A stretch of 64,000 bases of DNA from the NCBI GenBank assembly GCA_029838195.1, contig JALGVJ010000017.1:32001-96000 (forward strand). The letters are read 5' to 3'. Of the stretch, positions 60,521 to 64,000 are shown one piece after another. The notes under the pieces were generated by a model. It had not been told where the DNA came from. It searched no databases and saw nothing but the letters and a program-made list of their open reading frames with translations. The number at the start of each line of letters is the position of its first letter. The stretch's first letter is position 1. A program made the translations under genes and the position numbers. This stretch comes from Promethearchaeota archaeon (GTDB lineage: Archaea > Asgardarchaeota > Lokiarchaeia > Sigyniarchaeales > SOKP01).

Positions 60521-60773
60521 TTACTTGTTGAATTCAAATTTGAAATTCTATCGCATTTTCCTTCAGTTACCATCATGAAACTTAAAATTTGAGGTTCTAC
60601 ACGTGATATTTTACTTCTAATTCATCAAAAAAACTCATTAATCTTTCGAAATTTCTGCATTCAAGTTGTTCCACTGCATTAATTCCTTTCATTCCATCAT
60701 GGGTCATCTAATTTTTAATCAAGAGTTCTTTCAACTCTTCTTTTTCTAATATTGTGACTTGTCCACCTTCCAT
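60521..60773 (-). pseudogene. DUF6125-like pseudogene (nonsense codon, internal deletion, frameshifts)
   Basis: MEGGQVTILEKEELKELLIKN*MTHDGM (TAG at the usual Trp of the WMTHDGM motif) joined to ECRNFERL...VEPQI...MMVTEGKC. Confidence 0.55.
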
Positions 60774-60985
60774 TAATTTCTAATTTACTTTTATCAAACC
60801 TTGTTAATTGATCCTTTATCAGAAATAAAATCATGTAATAACGCAAATTACTATTTTTTAATGTTTAAAACTTGGAGAAAATTTAAAAGTGTTGTTTATT
60901 CATTTTTTAGTAAATATCGCTCATTTACAATTTATTACCCCCTTAATTTATATCAAGAATTAAATTCTTTGGTGTTTGACTTTTA

Positions 60986-61504
60986 ATGGTGTTTAATCAT
61001 GAATCTCTAAAAATAATTCCCATAACTGAAAAATATTATGAAGAAAATCTTAATTTATTAAACTCTGTTATCATAGAATCGGATTTCTTGGCCCGCAACA
61101 CCCTTCTTACTTTTCAAGATACCATGAATTTTTTCAAAACCATTCTACCTCTTCCAGGAATGCTATATTTAATTGCCCTTTATCACGATACTCTTATAGG
61201 ACACGTTTCTTGCATCCCTCGAAGTGAAGAAAAATTGAGTCATGTTGCAAATATTGGATATATCGTCCATGCAAATTATCGTAAAAAAGGGGTTGGCTCA
61301 TGTCTGATGGAAGAATTAATAAAAAGGGTAAAAGAAAAGAATGTCATTAAGATTCTTATGGCGGAAGTAGCAATTGAAAACGTCGCCAGCATTAAATTAT
61401 TAGAAAAATTTCAGTTCAAAAAATCAGGACAAATCGTAAAGGGCATGTTAAAAAAACCAGGAGCTTTTTTGGATATTCTCTTGTATGCAAAATACTTATT
61501 TTAA
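60986..61504 (+). CDS. GNAT family N-acetyltransferase
   Basis: VHANYRKKGVGS, ENVASIKLLEKFQF motifs. Confidence 0.88.
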   Translation: MVFNHESLKIIPITEKYYEENLNLLNSVIIESDFLARNTLLTFQDTMNFFKTILPLPGMLYLIALYHDTLIGHVSCIPRSEEKLSHVANIGYIVHANYRKKGVGSCLMEELIKRVKEKNVIKILMAEVAIENVASIKLLEKFQFKKSGQIVKGMLKKPGAFLDILLYAKYLF

Positions 61505-61677
61505 TTCAATTAAATAATTTTGTTTTAAATCCGTATTTATCTTTTTTTTTTATCATCACGGGCAAGAGAAGAAAATCCAAAATCGTTTAACGGAGTATTT
61601 TTTTCCAACACGAAATATCTGAGAAATAAACATTAAATTTTTAAATTAGAAATATTTCTATTTATTTAAAACATTAA

Positions 61678-61691
61678 TGAATAATTATTCA
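61678..61691. promoter_or_regulatory. Candidate operator, exact TGAATA-NN-TATTCA
   Basis: Perfect palindrome TGAATAATTATTCA about 22 nt upstream of the NifX-like ATG. Confidence 0.65.
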
Positions 61692-61713
61692 AAACAAGAA
61701 AGGTAGATTAAAA

Positions 61714-62169
61714 ATGGTTATTGTAGCAGTGCCTTCTTTTGGACAAGGAGGTTTAAATGAATTTTTACATCCCCGATTTGGACGATGTGATAGTTTTACA
61801 TTTGTAACAATAGAAAATAATGATATTACATCTGTTAAATCAGTTCCGAATCATGCTGCTGATGCCATGGGTGGTGCTGGAATTCAAGCTGCCCAAATTA
61901 TTGGAAATCATGGTGCTACTGATGTTATTGTTGGATTTTTAGGACCTAATGCTTCCCAAGCATTAGCTTCTTTAAATCTAAACTTGTATCAAGCTCCTCA
62001 ACAACAAATCACCGTTAAAGATGCAATAGATCTATTCATTCAAGGAAAATTATCCAGAATGGAGGGTTCTAATGTAGGCGCTCATTATGGCATGGGTGGC
62101 GGCGGTGGTGGACGAGGCTATGGTGGAGGAGGTATGGGAAGTGGTCGTGGGCGTAGACAACAATTTTAA
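61714..62169 (+). CDS. NifB/NifX-family (FeMo-cofactor-binding fold) protein with Gly/Arg-rich tail
   Basis: HPRFGRCDSF, GGAGIQAAQ and GPNA motifs; tail GMGGGGGGRGYGGGGMGSGRGRR. Confidence 0.9.
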   Translation: MVIVAVPSFGQGGLNEFLHPRFGRCDSFTFVTIENNDITSVKSVPNHAADAMGGAGIQAAQIIGNHGATDVIVGFLGPNASQALASLNLNLYQAPQQQITVKDAIDLFIQGKLSRMEGSNVGAHYGMGGGGGGRGYGGGGMGSGRGRRQQF

Positions 62170-62208
62170 CTCAGAATTTTTAATAAAAAATTTCTAAGTT
62201 GGTTATTC

Positions 62209-63114
62209 ATGGCCAAACCTAAAATAATCTGCGTAACTGGGGGCAAAGGTGGTACTGGAAAAACTCTTTGTGCTGTAAATCTTGCGGTCATGTTTAAAAA
62301 AAAAGGATACAATGTACTTTTAATCGATGGAGATTCGGAGAATCCTAACACGTATTTATTATTAGGTGGGAAGCTTGAGAATAAAAAGGAAGTGCTTTTT
62401 TTTACTCCAAAGATTATTGAAGAGAAATGTTCAAAATGTGGCCTTTGCGCGGAAAACTGTGTTCCCCATGCTTTATTACATATTAAAGATAGTATACCCA
62501 TTCTCATGAATGTTTTGTGTTCTGGATGTAAACTATGTTATAAAATTTGTCCCACTAAGGCCATTGAACCGGATTACAAGGTACTTGGATGGACTTATTC
62601 TACGATGGTTAAGGGATTATCATTAATTGTAGGAGAATTAAAACCGGGAGAAGCTCGATCCGCATCAATTGTAGAAACAATGATAGAACTTTTGGATACT
62701 ATTATAGAGATGGAGCCGGACAAACATGATATAATTATTTTAGATACAGCTCCGGGTGCTCATTGTGATGTAGAAGCATTAATTAAGAGAGCAGATTACG
62801 TGATTCCCGTTACAGAGCCAACTCCTTTTGGTAAAACAGATCTAATCAGAATTATAGAATTAATAGATTTATTAGGGAAAGAATATCGCGTAATTGTTAA
62901 TAGGTCATCATTGTTAGGATTTAAAGATAAATTTTTGAGTGATTTGAGGGAAAATAATATTCCAATATTGGGAGACATACCTTTAGACGATGAAATAGTG
63001 GAATCATATTGTCAAGGTATACCTTTAATGGACAATTCAAATCATTGGCAAGGTGCGGGGTATCGAGCCTTTCAAACTATTTACAAAAATTTAATAGAAT
63101 GGATAAGAAATTGA
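62209..63114 (+). CDS. MinD-superfamily P-loop ATPase with inserted ferredoxin domain (COG1149)
   Basis: GGKGGTGKT, D.D.ENPN, two CxxCxxC motifs, DTAPG and VTEPTPFG. Confidence 0.9.
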   Translation: MAKPKIICVTGGKGGTGKTLCAVNLAVMFKKKGYNVLLIDGDSENPNTYLLLGGKLENKKEVLFFTPKIIEEKCSKCGLCAENCVPHALLHIKDSIPILMNVLCSGCKLCYKICPTKAIEPDYKVLGWTYSTMVKGLSLIVGELKPGEARSASIVETMIELLDTIIEMEPDKHDIIILDTAPGAHCDVEALIKRADYVIPVTEPTPFGKTDLIRIIELIDLLGKEYRVIVNRSSLLGFKDKFLSDLRENNIPILGDIPLDDEIVESYCQGIPLMDNSNHWQGAGYRAFQTIYKNLIEWIRN

Positions 63115-63138
63115 GAAATACGTTAGTGAGCGAAAAAC

Positions 63139-64000
63139 ATGAAAAATGCAAAAAATTCTAAAAAATGGGTTGGCGTGCTTTCTGGAAAAGGCGGAGTTGG
63201 GAAAACGTCGCTTGCAGCATCATTGGCGAGCCTTGCTAATGAAGATCATTCACTAAACGTGGCGGTATTAGACTGCGATGTGGACGCTCCAAATCTTGCA
63301 ATCATCATGCCCCCTCGCACGGAAAATGAAGTAAAAACTAAAGAAGTATTTGCAACAATGAAAGCAGAATTCTTAGAAATGAAATGTACCCATTGCAAGC
63401 AATGTATTGAAGCACATTTTTGCGAATTCAATGCTTTAACTTGGAACGAAGAAAAGGAGATTCCTGAAATCGATTATTTAGCGTGTGAGGGATGTTCTGC
63501 TTGCAAGGTGTTATGTCCGGAACATGCTTTTGAATTACATGTTGTTAAAAGTGGGGAAATAATATCGTATATATCAAAGGCAAAAGGGATTCCTTTAGTT
63601 TATGGAAAAACTAAATTGGGGAGTACTACTTCAGGGAAGTTGGTATCTGATTTAAAAAATTTTGTAAAGGAAATGGAAAGTATTAAAAATTGCGATTTAC
63701 TTCTCGTAGATGGTCCACCGGGTATTGGATGTCCTGTAATTGCAACGGTTTCAGGTTTAGATTATGTAATAACGATTACAGAGCCTACTCCATCAGGGCT
63801 TCATGATCTCTTACGAGCCATAGAAGTCGTGCAACAGTTTAACATCCCTTTTGGGATCGTGATAAACAAACATGATATTCAGAGTTCATTTCAACAAAGA
63901 TTTCAAGATTTCATTAAAGAAACGGGGCACGTGGTTATTGGAGGGATTCCTTTTGATTTATCCGTGCCCGAAGCAATGTCTTTTTCCATACCGGTTGTTG
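63139..64000 (+). CDS. Second COG1149 MinD-superfamily ATPase with ferredoxin insert, 3'-truncated by the window edge (absent from the ORF track)
   Basis: MKNAKNSKKWVGVLSGKGGVGKT, DCDVDAPNL, CEGCSAC, DGPPGIGCPV and TEPTPSG motifs; open to the window end. Confidence 0.9.
   Translation, partial: MKNAKNSKKWVGVLSGKGGVGKTSLAASLASLANEDHSLNVAVLDCDVDAPNLAIIMPPRTENEVKTKEVFATMKAEFLEMKCTHCKQCIEAHFCEFNALTWNEEKEIPEIDYLACEGCSACKVLCPEHAFELHVVKSGEIISYISKAKGIPLVYGKTKLGSTTSGKLVSDLKNFVKEMESIKNCDLLLVDGPPGIGCPVIATVSGLDYVITITEPTPSGLHDLLRAIEVVQQFNIPFGIVINKHDIQSSFQQRFQDFIKETGHVVIGGIPFDLSVPEAMSFSIPVV

Noticed and set aside
61714-62169. Nitrogen fixation inferred from the NifB/NifX-like gene
   Set aside because: No nifHDK/ENB genes are in the window, and this family is widespread in non-diazotrophs.
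395-63431. Many short antisense or nested ORFs in the track (e.g. 395..610, 13372..13740, 17468..17821, 42997..43359, 46682..47065, 52429..52767, 62166..62507)
   Set aside because: They are shadow ORFs overlapping well-supported genes and have no motifs of their own.
1-64000. Selenoprotein or pyrrolysine read-through
   Set aside because: The TGA-terminated genes I checked end at natural family C-termini, and I saw no in-frame TGA at a catalytic Cys position. The one suggestive TAG lies in a multiply broken pseudogene.
1-64000. CRISPR array, tRNA/rRNA genes, IS elements, prophage
   Set aside because: No regularly spaced repeats, cloverleaf/T-loop signatures, transposase, integrase or viral genes were recognised by eye.
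62209-64000. Cell-division MinD or ParA partition role for the two ATPases
   Set aside because: Ferredoxin inserts and the TEPTP motif mark them as COG1149 Fe-S ATPases.

Overview
AT-rich (about 30% GC) archaeal chromosomal segment, most likely from an Asgard archaeon (Lokiarchaeia/Promethearchaeota-like). This inference rests on stand-alone roadblock and longin-like proteins, Loki-type GPH/MFS transporters, SCP2-ferredoxin fusions and TATA-type promoters. I found no rRNA, tRNA, CRISPR array or transposase. Most genes are anaerobic catabolism or transport: AOR operon, enoyl-CoA hydratases, 3-hydroxyacyl-CoA dehydrogenase, BKACE, beta-glucuronidase, and ABC/MFS/DMT/AEC transporters. There is also a HEPN-MNT pair, a ~3.4 kb tandem duplication and three decayed genes. 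The most notable observations are: (1) a 14-bp palindrome TGAATA-NN-TATTCA upstream of scattered metal/Fe-S genes (NifX-like operon, Mrp, DUF5320-DtxR, radical SAM, OsmC, HdrD-like), suggesting a dispersed regulon; (2) a single-chain 2x6TM K+ channel with asymmetric S4 segments and filters; (3) a ~270-nt candidate structured RNA next to a CBS-4TM gene and an RGG/APD1-like/zinc-ribbon membrane protein gene; (4) a carboxylate-amine ligase plus class I glutamine amidotransferase pair with unusual extensions; (5) two genes that appear to start at ATT/ATC. All family assignments come from motif recognition by eye, not from database searches.
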